NCBI GenBank assembly: GCA_964035545.1
Contig: OZ037765.1
Location: 14,394,698 to 14,458,697 of the forward strand
Direction of reading: 5' to 3'
Origin: Bugula neritina
Lineage: Eukaryota; Animalia; Bryozoa
Length of the DNA: 64,000 bases
Shown: positions 1 through 13,800 of the stretch, piece after piece
Layout of the letters: every line of letters begins with the position of its first letter
Position numbering within the stretch: position 1 is the first letter of the stretch
Position numbers and translations under genes: made by a program
Notes under the pieces: model-generated
The model's database searches: none
What the model saw: the letters and a program-made list of their open reading frames with translations, nothing else
Told to the model about the DNA's origin: nothing

Positions 1-151
1 AGATTTCTTTTATTTATTTTTATTTCCAATAATTAAATTTAAAAATCAAACCATGTAAATTGAAGCCAAGAGTATTATATACAGTTACTGAATAGTTGAA
101 TTTAGCCCATCCTCAACAAGTTATGGCGGAAAATGAGAAAAAAAGCCTCAC

Positions 152-3100
152 CTCACACTGCTCATCACTGCTGTTATTTCTTGACACAACATAGTTTCCG
201 CTAGGATGAACCTGACAAATATACAGCATAGTGCATGAGAATACACTTTGAGGCTTAAGCCTAATTTAATGTTATTCTGACTCAAATAGTGGCAGGCACT
301 CATCCGTAAAGGCACAGTACTATTATGGCCTACAGTATTTCCAACTGAAGAAGTTCAGTATCTGCCACCATTAGTATCTGCTACATGAAATGATCACATT
401 AATAAACTGAGGCATATGTATGAATATTAGTTCCAAACACCAGTATTTCACAGCCCAGCTTAGAGTCCTAATTTCTTAGAAATTTAAGATGGGTTTTCAG
501 CAAATTATCTTTAGATAATGATACATGACAAACATGGAGAGGTAGGGGCAAACTAAAAAAGATTACAATCACTTCAGAGTGTAAAAAGTATTCCAAATCC
601 TATGATTTTCAGTACTATCAAAACAAATCTGTTCTGTTCTTAATAATAAAACAATCAATACGTGAAGCTAGACTTGGCAGATTGGAAGCTGTGCACTAGC
701 ATGGTATGTACCAACAGTTTGTACTAAGTTTTGCCAGCCCATGTGCAGCACAAAATTATAGTAATTCCCCTCAGATAAATCAATCACAATATGTCAACTG
801 ATAGTCTGAAAACTAGTTGGAAGCAAGTAACATCTTCCAGTACCTTCAAGGAGGCTACAATTTCAACATCTGTGTTTTCTGTGAAGTCAGCAATAAGTTC
901 CAATCTATTACTTGTTCTATTGTCTTGGAACAAATGGTTATATGCGATGCTGTTGTTGACAATAGCTGGATTCATCTGCATTAACCGATAGATATTGGGC
1001 TAAAAAGAAACACACCATTGCTTACATTACTGGTTAGCTGAAATATTAAAACAGTATTTTGGTTGATCAACAGCACTTAGATTGTTGATAATGACTGAGC
1101 TAGATCAAGATAGAATTCCTTCGAAAGCAACATAGAATATATAAGGCATATTATAATGAACTTATACTCATATAGGTATTCAACACACTTAAACATCTAT
1201 ACCACTTCTCACAAACTAATAAAAGTCTTTCACTTTTAAACCTGAAGCAACACTGCAAAAATAATTCTCATTGTACTCCCAGCACTTGGCATCAGCTTGG
1301 GCAAAAGGCCAATAGAAATTCAAACCGTGATTTTTTCTGCTGCCAACTTACCTTAAATCCCTTCAAGTCATCAGCAATAGTGTTGATGTCAAAATCATGA
1401 ACCACCATGATATAGCCACTGGAAGTGGACATGATTAACTTGGATTGGTCAGGAGACAAAGCAGTTCGCATTAAATTTCTAGTTTGGAAGAGAACCTTGT
1501 GAGGGACTTCACCATTAGTGGTACATCTGCAATACAGGCAAGCAATGTCAACAGATAATGTGCATAAAATTAGGTTTAAAATATTCACAGAATCGAAAGC
1601 TACCCTAACATACAAGTTCTCAATAAAAAATGCAATCTCCGGTAAAGGGAGAAAGAGTGTAGATAGCAAAGCAAATAAATTGCTATTCACAACAACTAAC
1701 TCGAAAAAACTTTTGGCAGGAAAAAGCTCATGAATATAAATTGTGGAAGGTTTTGCATGTTATTGTTTACTGTATGTAAGAAGTGTAAGCCACCTTTAGT
1801 AGTCAGAATCAAACTAGCTTTAGGAGTTGACTGTATGATTAAACTTCCAATGAAAGTTAACATTTTTTCGATTATACATGCAACTTAAATGCATACGAAT
1901 ATTTGGAATTACTTATCTATAATAATCCATCTATTGGAAAACTTACTCATTGTAATCCCACATGATGATGTTACCATCAAAACCAGATGTAAGTAATTTG
2001 CCACCAATACATTCAATGTTTTTAACCCAGTTAGAATGGCCAGTTAGTGTTTGGGCCTCTTTGTCCATTCTTCTCAAATCCCATATTTTCACACTTCGGT
2101 CATCAGAACATGTGGCAAAAAGCTTATTGTCTAAAAACCTAAAAAAAAAGAAAAAATATGTTTAATACAGTGTGTTCCTCTACCGGACTACTTGTTTCCA
2201 AACTTCTCCATATATACTTGTAGATATAGTGAATGCCAGTAGCATATCATAAACTTTGAGACAACGTATTTTAACAACACAAAACAGCAAAGGAATTTTC
2301 TCTAAAGCCAGTTCAGTGCAGTGCTATTTCTCCTGCATAATATTGTCTAGGAATTTTAAATTCTTTTTCACCATTTTAATATTTGCTTTTAGGAAAGCTA
2401 TAGCAAGAAATGCTTATTAATAGAGATAAATTGGAAAGCAGATCGACAGTCTGGCCAGCACTATTACATTAAGCAGTGCAGAAGCGAGAACAAAATTGGA
2501 TTTGACCGTAAGATTTATAGATTACTAATACATATCTCAACTTGTAGACCTTCAACGTTATGGTTTGTCTATACATACTTTACTTTCCTTTCCCAGTCAG
2601 TTAAATTAATCAGAAAAGCTTACCCCACAGTTTGCATAAGCTTTTGACCAAATATAACTTTAATAGAAAAGGCAGGAAGACATAAAAATGATGCGGTTGC
2701 AATATTTTATCTTAAAATTATTAGTCTGGACCAAAATTCTTACCTGTAAACTGACTAACAACACCTGACTAACAATTGAAGGGATCAATAGCACAGAGAA
2801 CTGATCTGATTATTAAAAGACTTACTTAACAACATTTACACAGTCTTGGTGAGCAGCAGTGTTGACTTGGTGAATCTTATGGGTCAAAGGATCTAAGACT
2901 AGAATACTTCTTCTCTCTGTGGCAGCAACTAGCGCTGACCTAAAAGTAATAAATTAGAAATGAAACTGCACATGAAACACTGACTTGAGATAGAAATAGA
3001 TTCTTTACATACTGAGCCTGTACAACTAAAGACAAATAGTACATGAGGGTAGTTCTACATTTTTTTAGGCAAACGTTGAAATCGATGGCAAGTGTAATGT

Positions 3101-3409
3101 AGAAAATCTTGTAGGTTTTTATCAAGTCTAGACGTACCCATCTGGAGTAAAATCAAAGTTGAATACAGCACCATATACATATGGATTTCCACTGGAATTA
3201 TTCCATGTTGCACCATGCCCAAATGAGCCATATAAACCTTTGAGGAATTTAGCCTTGCTGTATGAACGGCCACCATAGTTCATCAAACATGCACTATATA
3301 ATTCGCCAACTCGCTCACGCCGTGACAGCCATTTGTAAGGGTTCAACAACCCTTTCCTCACAGAGTCATCAAGACCAGGGTTGCAGATTTTTGCATTGAT
3401 TATGTTCAT
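152..3409 (-). CDS. DCAF10: DDB1- and CUL4-associated factor 10 (WD40 protein), 5' portion; gene continues past the left edge
   Basis: GT-AG exons (minus) 3409-3138, 2939-2826, 2138-1947, 1526-1352, 999-844, 211-152 join in frame. Peptides ...GAVFNFDFTPDG, AHQDCVNVVKFLDNKLFATCSDDRSVKIWDLR, GHSNWVKNIE, LTSGFDGNIIMWD, LMRTALSPDQSKLIMSTSSGY match remembered DCAF10/WDR32 WD40 segments. Confidence 0.9.
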
Positions 3410-4649
3410 GGTAGGGTGTAGCAATCACCTATAAGATCAAAGTTGTGCATTATAAATGATAACAGCATTTTAAGCAGATTTTTAGCAAGTTTAAAACCTA
3501 ACAATTGTGAGTGACATGTATATAAACTTATATCAGGAATAAGTTCCCAATAAACCCAGATTCAAATATGCCTTAACTGTATGCACACATAGTTTACATC
3601 ATATAAGGAAACAAATTACAACTAAGAGATTGAAAACTTCTATGACAGATCATTTTTATACAAGTAATTATAATATTCAAATAATATTACTAAATTGAAA
3701 AATTTATATGCAAAGCAAAAACCTACCTATGCAAACAAACTGTTGAATGCAGGTTGATAGGATGGTGAACATAGCTACAAAAGCACCAAATTCATTATAA
3801 AATCGGAAAATCACAATTAAATAATGTAACTGACAGATATAGAAAGATATTGAAACATATGAGCAAAAGTTAGAGCTCCAAGTAGCAACCTGCAGCTAAT
3901 GTGATTTAAAGGATGATAGTGTTTAGTGTTAAAACAACTGCAAGGCTATTACAATAATGATATAATTTATCGAAGGTTAAATGCAGTTGTACGATTACTA
4001 GACAAAACAGATAAAAAATTAAAGTTTTTTGTAGAAGTTTTTCATTGTATTCAATCCAACCTAATTATTCAATCTAGTTAAAAGATAAAACCTTACATGA
4101 AACAGTCCAGTTGGCTAATGTAATTTTCAAACTGGTCAATTGATTATGTAAGCCAAATGAGAATAATGAGAGCTGAGGCTGAAAATATATAATGGTAGAT
4201 GTCATTGTATTAAATTGCAAAATTTAAAAATCCTTTTAGCTTTATTCCAGTTGTTTATATATTCAGGGTAAAAGGGGGAATGTGATACAAGGTATAAAAT
4301 GCCAGTTTATTAAGAAATAACAAACCACATGAAAACAATACGATTTTTGATTACAACAAATTTTTATGTAGTGAAAACTTTCTTTTGATTTCCCTATTAT
4401 AAATAATTTTATACTGCTTTCTGGAGTAACTGTATGAGAAGGTTAATTATAATGTAACACTTACACTAATTTCATAATTTTTAATGGCCAACAGTAAATT
4501 AATTAACAGTGAATTTACATAATGATTATGAATTTTCAATATTTACAATTACCATTTTAAATCACGATATTAAATGTTGTCACTGAGACAGATTACGGCT
4601 AAATTTAATATTTATATCTTACTTTTTAGTGTAATTGTCATTATGGTTA

Positions 4650-6100
4650 TGAGTACATAGTTCACGTGAAACTAAAAGTAAATGCTTCACTTGATGTTGA
4701 ACTTGAAAACTGCTTTCACTACAACTACCGCTACAAGTACTACTATTGCTACAATTACTGCTATTAGTAATAGTTGAGTTAATGCTTCAAGATGTAGGTG
4801 ACTAACTTGTTTAAGCAGTTTTAACTGCTAACTTGTTAGCTCCTAATTATAAAAGATACTAAAAGAAGACAAAGAAATGACATAGACATACTGACAATCT
4901 CCTGCTGTGGGTAGCCATAATCATAATGATAGCCTGGTATTACTATGATACTAATAATATTGCACCATCATTATCACTGTAAGTCTGATGATAATAGACA
5001 TAATCTTGAGCATCATAACTACTCATAGTGATAGTAATAGTAATAAGAATTAGAGTAAAATCAGTTGAGAATTAGACATTTAGATTTCCTTTAAATCCTA
5101 GAGCTACTAAGTCTGATAATATTACTATAGTATAAGTAAATTTTTTTTTCAACTGCAAGTATAAGTATTAACTACCGAGTATTACTATTACTATAATTAT
5201 AATCATAATAGATCTACTCATACTCTGAATAGTCGGTATATGTAGCCATTAGATTAACACTAACGGTAAATGTAAGGGTAAGAATAAGACTAACACAGCT
5301 TTAAAGTTAGTAAAACTAAAAGTAAATGCAATTGGGGGTCACACTATTGCTATTACTAGTAGTAATCCTAACTCCATTATCATTACAATTAATAAGTCTA
5401 ATAATACAGACTAAGAGTAAGTGTGAGGCTCAAACTAACTCTAACTCAGTAACTCGAGTCCAAGAGTCAAGTCTAAGAGTAAAAGTAGGACTAAGCTCAA
5501 CTCACTAACATAGTAACTGTAAGTGTAACACTAACAGTAACACTAACACTAACAGCAACTTGAACTACCAACAGCGACTGTGAGTTTTAGTTTAACTTTA
5601 ACCAAAACTGAAACAGCATCCAATTGGGTGTTAAGCTTAGTCTGACTCTTACACTTACGGTTACTACAACATCAACAATAACTAATAGTAATAAGTAATA
5701 ACTGTTAGTATTACTATTACATTTACTAGTAGTAGTACAGTAGTAGTATAAACATGACCATTGCAATTAGAGCTATACTATTAGTATTACATTTACATAT
5801 TATTACGACTATTAGTATTAGTATTACTATTCAATTGAGTGTCAACAGTAATAGCTATACTTATACTAATAGTAATACTTAGTCTTATAGCTTTTCCAAG
5901 CCAAATTCAAATTGAAATACAAATAAATTTGAGGGAGAAAGCCAAATCATTATCATAATCTAAAAATGCAAAACCTAAATGCATAATAATGACTAAATTC
6001 AAATTTAACGAATTGTCAAATCAATTTTAATTTGAATTTGCTAAACTTAAAAGTTAAAACAGTTTGAGTTTAACTTAAAAGTTAAAAGATAAAATTAAAT
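4650..6100. repeat. Degenerate (ANT)n/(TNA)n low-complexity tract in the inferred first intron of DCAF10
   Basis: Dense AGT/ACT/AAT/ATT triplets, e.g. TTACTATTACATTTACTAGTAGTAGTACAGTAGTAGTA (~5711). Boundaries approximate. Confidence 0.75.
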
Positions 6101-6229
6101 GTTGAGCTTAAGAGTAACTTCCTTTCGCATAATAATAGTTAGCGACTTTAAATGCAAAATGAAAAACATATTTAAAAATAAAAGAAACTCAATTGTCTGG
6201 AACCGTGTTTTTCTAAAACAAATAGCTTT

Positions 6230-6500
6230 TGATCAATCATATAATTACGCTTTCTTACAGCTGGAGTAGCATCAACCACCGCCACCCTTTAATCAAAATA
6301 CAGCAATTTCGCAGGACATACGAGAAATTGCGTGATGTGCTACATCCTGCTCCCAAGCTACGTCCTGTTTACTTGCAATCTTATTGAATTACCTCACTCT
6401 AAAGCGGCGCCTTCCTTGTAACTATACTATACCGCTATTGGTACGTAGCCTAAGTACAGGATCTCTTATTGACTTGACATCCTAGTGGAAGAACCCGTAT
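6230..6500 (-). promoter_or_regulatory. Probable DCAF10 promoter / non-coding first exon (CpG-retaining segment)
   Basis: Local cluster of CpGs and higher GC in otherwise CpG-poor DNA. The first coding exon has a splice acceptor at 3429-3430, so an upstream exon is needed. Confidence 0.5.
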
Positions 6501-7222
6501 ATAGTACAAAATTTCCATGTGTTTGACTATTTCTGCTTTACTTGTGACCCATAGTATGTTGTTTATTTGTTATTTTATGCATTATAAACTAAAGTCAAAT
6601 AGTCTTGGACATTTATAAAAATTGCAGCATCAATTTTAATATCAAGAGACTCAACATGCAACAGAAATAATTTAATGCATCTGGACATTATAATATTGAG
6701 TAGAAATTTATAAAGCACACTGTAATTTACAGCTACGGATGTTTATTAACATTCCGAATTAATTGTTCTTCTATATAGTGCAGGGCTGCTTTATATAATA
6801 ATAAAAAGCTTACACCAAACCCCAGTTAATTGTTGAAAATTATTAAAAACGTATACCGTTAAAGTTTCTCCAGTGCTGCAGCTAAATAATATACAAATAA
6901 AATTACTTTTAGTGTATGTAGTTGAGGGTCTTACATAAAATTAAATAACTAAGGCATCAATATTGGAACAAATGGAGCTGGGCTATAATATAGAGGATAG
7001 ATAATATGCAAAACTTTTGAGGCTAATGATGTTTATAGTCTTTATAGGCAACAACAAATTTTAGCTAAATCTAAAAGCTTTGAGGTACAGGTATGAATGT
7101 TATGTATATTCTGTATATAACACTGCCAGTAAGGATTAACTTGTGGTTGCAGTTTGCATTAACTTATGGTTGTGGCTTCCTTCAATGCAACTGTTTCCAT
7201 TAGGCTAATGAAAAATCCATAA

Positions 7223-7354
7223 TGTGCGCTTGTGTGCGCTTGTGTGCGCTTGTGTGCGCTTGTGTGCGCTTGTGTGCGCTTGTGTGCGCTTGTGTGCGCT
7301 TGTGTGCGCTTGTGTGCGCTTGTGTGCGCTTGTGTGCGCTTGTGTGCGCTTGTG
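7223..7354. repeat. 10-bp tandem repeat (TGTGTGCGCT)x~13
   Basis: Perfect repeat read directly. It explains the spurious AHTSAHKRTQ ORF at 7205-7411. Confidence 0.97.
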
Positions 7355-7599
7355 AGATGTTATTGTTAATATAATATTATAATTCAGTAATGTGATTGCA
7401 ATTCGGGCCATCTCATTATAGATGGTGCTTGCTTTGTAAAAATCATTTTTATAAGTTATAAGTCATGTTATGGTGCTCCTTTGCCTCTAAAAATATTTTA
7501 GGTTAGAAATATGATTGGATGGATAGAAGGAATGCTATGCAGTAGCCACATAAGTATACATAATTTAGAAACAGAAATTAGTGGGCAACTCCAAAGTTG

Positions 7600-7860
7600 T
7601 AACACTGAACTCGAAATTCCAGTTCTGTGTATAATAACCCGATTCTTGCTCGAGATCTACAGCCAAAGTTTTAAAGTTCGATTGAGCACCGTTTTTACAA
7701 CGGCTAATGCACTTTATGTTTTCATGTTCACTGGTAAAATGAAATGCACCTAAGCTAAAAAATGCCGGAGTTTGCAGAGTGGCAACACTTTCAAGTCCCC
7801 AAACTAAATTTTATACATGTACAATCTCATAAAGATGGTACACCAAACTCGTAATGATAA
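7600..7860 (+). promoter_or_regulatory. Probable NDUFS1 promoter / non-coding first exon
   Basis: CpG cluster (ACTCGAAA, CCCGATT, CTCGAG, TTCGATT, GCCGGA) and GTGGCAACACT near 7779. The ATG at 10852 is directly preceded by an acceptor (ATTATAG|A), implying an upstream exon. Confidence 0.5.
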
Positions 7861-7949
7861 TATTAATAACATTCCAATATAAGTTAAGCGTTAACATTAT
7901 CTTGTAACTTTTAAGCTTCATATTTTAGGTTAACATTGTGATTGTTGTA

Positions 7950-9900
7950 TTGCTTAGGCATTAGACTTAGTATAAGTATTACTATTAGTATTACTATTAG
8001 ATTTAGTAATACTAATACTAATAGTTATACTAATAGTAATATTTATATTAACTTTAAGTCTAATAGTAATACTAATTTAAATTATAATACTAATAGTAAT
8101 TATAATACTAATTACTAATAGTATATCAATAGTAATACTAGTACTAGTAGTAGTAGTGCTAATTTTCATCTACTATAGTGATAGTCTAACTCTAAGTCTA
8201 TAACTATAAGTATAACTATAGCTATTGTCTAATTAATTGACTAATGGACTAATCACTAACTCTAATCTAATGGAATTGACATTGTCATTGCGATTGTATA
8301 ACATAAACTTAAACTGTTAAAGTTAAACTATATTATTATTTGTAATTATAATCATGATGATGATGATCAGGATAATAATTGACTTTAACCATAATTGATG
8401 ATCACAATGCTAAAGTAATGCTTAGATTTAGAATTGGATTTACTTTTAAAGTTATTAAGACTACGGACTACTTGGTGAAATTCTTATACTGATAGTTAGT
8501 TATTATACTTATACTACTTGAATTTAATACTTATAAGAAAAAACTCACGCAAGTTTATAGTCACTATCCTTGTGAGAAACCCCTGATGGAAAGAATTTTT
8601 TGTTAGAGCGGGCCAAGGACTTGTTCAAATGAGGCACAGGAGCAATTATGACTGGATGCTCTTCCTAGCATCTCCAATGGCCTTTGTCGGGGTACGAACC
8701 CATAACTTCGTGTTTACTAAGCAAATGCTCAAACCCCTAGACCCTGGCTGCTTCCTACTTAATACTTATAGTTATTGATTTAATATTCATTATTATAAGT
8801 TATAGTAATACTAGTAGTAGTTGTAATTGTTATGAATTACTTGTAATAAGTAATACTAAATGTACATAGTAATCCTAATGATTATCATCATCATTATTAT
8901 AATATTATATTGATTAAATTTAGTCATAATGATAATCATTATGATAATTATTTATAAGTGATAATCACAACTGCCAATTGCTAATTATAATCATAATACT
9001 AATGCTTGTCTAGTAGTATTATACACTGTTACTATATTGATACTCTATACTATTACTTATACTTATAATCTATAGTAATGCTAATACTAATAGTTATAGT
9101 AATACACTTATAGCAATACTAATAGTTGTAGTTATACACTTATAGCAATACTAATGGTTTTACTTCTTTGTTTTATAGTTATAGTATAATATTGATAATA
9201 GCAATTTTAATACTTACTTCCAAAAGTAAGCCTAATAATACTAGTTAAAATTTTATTATTAATTTTAGTTCTGCTCGTATTTAAGATTAATAGTAAAATA
9301 TGAAGTCTAATCAGTAATAACTGTAACTGTGAGTCTAGGACTAATGACTTATTTATTGGTTATGAATGAAAAGTAGTAACTAGGAAATAAGTAATTTTCA
9401 ATATTATTAGTCTTACTATTAATATTACTCTTACAGTTACTGTATTAGTAATAGTAACAGTCATACCTAATCTTATAGTAATTGGTTTATTGTAAATAAC
9501 TAGCTATCTCACTGTGAGTCTGATATGCAAACACTTACTTTGACTCATAGTCTTATGCTAACTCGTAGTCTTGCACTTACGGTAACAGTTAGGGGTAAGA
9601 AGACTTCTCACTAACTCTTAATCAGTGTAAATTTTTTTCGAATTTTGAAATTTGACTTATACTATAATATTTCTAATATTACTATTAGTATTAAATTATA
9701 CCTCTATAGCCGAAGTATAATCATATTTAATTTCATCATTTGAATAAGTTACTCAATAGTTGATAGTTAATAAATTTAGTAGGGTAAATTTAATATTAAC
9801 TATAATAAATAATTATCAGTATGATTTGCATTGTTAATTGAATAAAAATTCAAATGTTTCAGTTATACTCTTTTATTGACGCTACAATTGATAGTATTAG
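7950..9900. repeat. Degenerate (ANT)n/(TNA)n tract in the inferred first intron of NDUFS1
   Basis: e.g. AGTAATACTAATACTAATAGTTATACTAATAGTAAT (~8005) and GATTATCATCATCATTATTATAAT (~8880). Boundaries approximate. Confidence 0.8.
8536..8758 (-). mobile_element. tRNA-derived SINE (~220 bp) with 12-bp TSD
   Basis: Minus strand has an A-box-like AGGGTCTAGGGG and a B-box GGTTCGTACC. Flanked by direct repeat TTAATACTTATA (8524-8535 and 8759-8770). A homologous copy lies at ~23671-23890. Confidence 0.8.
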
Positions 9901-10851
9901 TAACACAAAATCAAATCAATTAAAATTTGAGTGGATTTGAGTCAGTTTGAGATGATTTGTAAGTGTTTGATCTAGTGACTAGTCATTTTGTGTAGTCAGT
10001 GCATAAACTCAAGCATGTAATAATAGTTAAACATCAAGGAATTACAATAGTCATTAAATCTTTCCAATTGTATGTAAATTTCAGTGGGTCCCTAAAATAA
10101 TTATGCAAAACTTTACTGAAATATGATGATTTAAAGAAATACTTGCAATTCTTGCAATAGAACAAAGTATAAAAAGCAAAAACTAAAGGAACAACTTGAA
10201 AATGTCAATGTCAATCAAAATTTTGAAGCCAAGCTAATAAAATTAGCAACAAGACATTTCACATAAAAAACCACGAGACTTGGATCTAGGCCAATTTAAG
10301 ATGTTTTCACAAAAGGTTGTAAGATTGTAAATATTAAGTTTGTCTGAGAAAGCAAGAAAACATGTTTGAAAACAACTTCTCTCTGGTTGCATGCTGTCTT
10401 TCTGTTCAACCAGAAGCAAACATTATGAGAGCCATTCTAAAATAAATTTGTAGAATGCAGTATGGTTAGCATACTTAATATTTTATGCCCCCTTCGCTCT
10501 AAAACTGCCCTTATACAAAATTTATGAACTTGGCCAATTTTGGTGCCCTTTAGATTTCCAATAAATGCAGTAAAAATCAAATAAATAGTTATTAGACCTT
10601 GCACAATGAAATCCTGAGCACAAAAAACCATTTTTCAACACCTGTATTGTTAAAAGGTAGTTTAACCATCTTGATAAAATGCTTTTGTTTTGAATAAAGT
10701 TGGTCAAAATGTTTTGTCATTCAAGATTGTTCAGTAATCTGCTAGTCTCAGTAGTGGCCAATAGTTTCTAATTTACTTTAGAAATGTTTTCTGTTGCAGA
10801 TTTCAACACGTTAAATGTTCTAATATTGTGGATTAATAAAACTATTATAGA

Positions 10852-13800
10852 ATGTTGGGCTACAGGTTTCTTTCTAAACTCAAGCATGTGTTGAGAACAA
10901 GACCATCTCCATCTGTTGGTAGGTTAAATCTGCCAGTTATCACATTCCATTGGTGACTTTCTTGGTGCAGTCTTTCATCATATTGTAATGGGTACTTTTA
11001 ATGAAAAATGTGGTTGGCGGGTAAAGATATAGTTTGTCAATAAACTCTTATAAAATGAAGTATTTTAATAAAAATATGGCTTTCCTCTTTGTTGTGTATT
11101 TTCGATGCATAATAGTATATTTATTTTAATTAGGATTTGCTCGAAGTCAAGAGGCGCAAGCTGTTGCGAACAAGTTGGAGGTATTTATAGATGATCAAAA
11201 GGTTGTGGTTGATCCTGGAACTACAGTTTTGCAGGTAATACTGTTGAAGCCAATTAATGTAGTATTTCTGTGTATGTCATGAGCACAGGCTTATCTAGCC
11301 TATACAATATCAAGAAGTGGGTTTTGTGACTTACCTAGTTTTAAATAGTTATAATCTGCTCCTCAACCCTCAGAGTCACCATAGTTGTGTAGCACTCATA
11401 TTAAAGCCTCAACTGATGGAGTTATCACATCTATATGTCTATTATTCAATTAGTGCAATGATTTCTTTATTTTGTTTTTATGATTTAATTATTTTTAGCA
11501 TTTAAACAACGCGGCTTTGAAGTAACTCACAAAATTGTAACGTTATTAACAAATGGACAAAGAAATACATCTGGCAATCATACATACTGTAATATACAAT
11601 GAATAAATCAACTGTATCACTTTTTTCTTTAGCATGTGCTATTCATAGCAAAGAATGATTTGTGCCCTAAACCACAATACTGTTGTGGAGGCTTTTTGTA
11701 AAAATTATGAATGATAGCTACAAAATGCACAAACACAAACATTACTGAATATGTTGCATACATTGGCATTAGATGAGACAACTCTCAAGCGCAATAGACA
11801 TGTCCAGCGCATTTTGTGTGAAAAGATAATTCTTATAAGCTGATGATGCAATATACATGTATACCAACAAAGAAAAAGTCTAAAAGTGACAATCTTCATA
11901 AACCCTATGAGTACCTAATTGTGTTTAGAAATGAATATAATTGATTTATAAGATAGAACTAAAATGAACTGTGTATAAGTGCAGAACATGTATGGAAAAT
12001 ACTGAAGGTACGAAATTAAGTGACTGCTATTTCAGCATTTTGCTCTTTTCAGTACTGATTTTTCTTTTCTTATTGCAGGTATTTGCAGTACTTGGTAATA
12101 AGTAAATTATTCTGTTTGCATTTGCGATGCCATTTAAACTTGCAACTGGAGCAATTTTTATATTTAACCAATGTTAAATATTGTGATTATATTGAATTCT
12201 AAAGTTGTGTTTATACCTTCACGATTTTCAGTCATAAATTCAATTTGTCCGGGTTGAAATTTCTCCGAGTTGCATTGCATTGTAAAAGCCACTCGTAAAA
12301 ATGTTTATATTTTAATAACTCAATCGACCGATTTTAGAATAATACTCAAAAGGAGTAATAACTCCTTGTAAACATTGTTATTTAGTTATGACTTTGGCGA
12401 TTAGATGATGTACTTATATTATGTTAATAATTATATCGCCTATGCCTTCTCAATTATCGCTTTTATGCTGTCAACTTCACTAAATCACGACGTTTACAAA
12501 GGGCATCAAATAGCGATTAGGCGAATGAGATTTCATTTTTAGAAAGTAAGCTTCCGCATCAATATGATTTCAACGATTTTCAGTTTGACTATAAAGAGGT
12601 ACCCGGACAAGCGTTATTAACTGAAACTCTGTACTTTTTTCAGCAGAAGTATAAATGCAACTTTAAACTAATGTTGCTCTGAGAAGTGTCTTCCCATTAG
12701 TTGTGCAAGTTTGTGTCGCTAAATAGCAATGAAAATATAAAAATGAAATATATTCATTGTGTTATAACTATAAATAGTTAAACTAATGGGTGTGATGCAG
12801 GCGTGTGCCATGGCAGGAGTTGAGATTCCGAGGTTTTGCTATCATGATAGACTCTCAGTAGCTGGAAATTGCCGAATGTGTCTCGTAGAGGTAGAAAAGT
12901 CTCCCAAGGTAATCCCATTATTGGGGCTCTCAATAAATAAAGTGCATGAGTAAGCCAGTTTAATTTAAACTGAAACAAATTAAGTTATTATAGTTTACCA
13001 GTTTTTATAACTAGGGCTGAAAGTTTGATTAATCAGATATATTTTATCAATTGCAGCCTGTTGCATCATGTGCCATGCCAGTAATGAATGGAATGAAAGT
13101 TAAAACAAATTCGCCAGTGTCACGTAAAGCCAGAGAAGGAGTTATGGAGTTTCTATTGGTCAATCACCCGTTAGATTGCCCTATCTGTGATCAAGGAGGA
13201 GAATGCGATTTACAAGTTTGTTCTTTTAACTTAAACTCAAGTTTGTATGCTGTATGTGTGTGACAGACATATGGTCTCTGACTTCCATTTTAGCACCCAC
13301 TATTTACTATTGAATCTATAATAAATATGAGTAGACATATGGATAGTGTTGAAATTGTAATAGCTTTAGTTTGTTGAAACAGAATTATGTTGCCACTCTG
13401 GTTTGCAGGCTTTCGATAATGCCAATGTGTTTCAGGATCAGTCAATGGCTTTTGGTGGAGATAAGAGTAGATTTGTGGACAATGAGTACACTGGTAAGAG
13501 GGCTGTGGAGGACAAGGATATTGGTCCCCTAGTTAAGACTATCATGACTAGGTGTATACAGTGTACACGCTGTGTGCGGTAGGTTTATTCTGCCTGTTGG
13601 CATGCAACTTTGTGCGTCTAGATTTGTATACCAACAAATAATTGAGTGTGAAGATGCACAATATATATTTTGTGTAGTCTTCAAACATAACCATCATTTA
13701 TTGGCACACACTTTTTTTACTGCACAGGTTTGCATCTGAGGTTGCTGGAGTTGAAGACCTAGGCACTACGGGGAGAGGAAATGACATGCAAATTGGTACT

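Noticed and set aside
7205-7411. ORF with repeated AHTSAHKRTQ; also a possible metal-response-element array
   Set aside because: Product of the 10-bp repeat; neither strand matches the MRE core TGCRCNC.
7831-7843. AAAGATG|GTACAC as a coding first exon for NDUFS1
   Set aside because: Splicing to 10851 would be out of frame; the ATG at 10852 already gives a full-length protein with a presequence.
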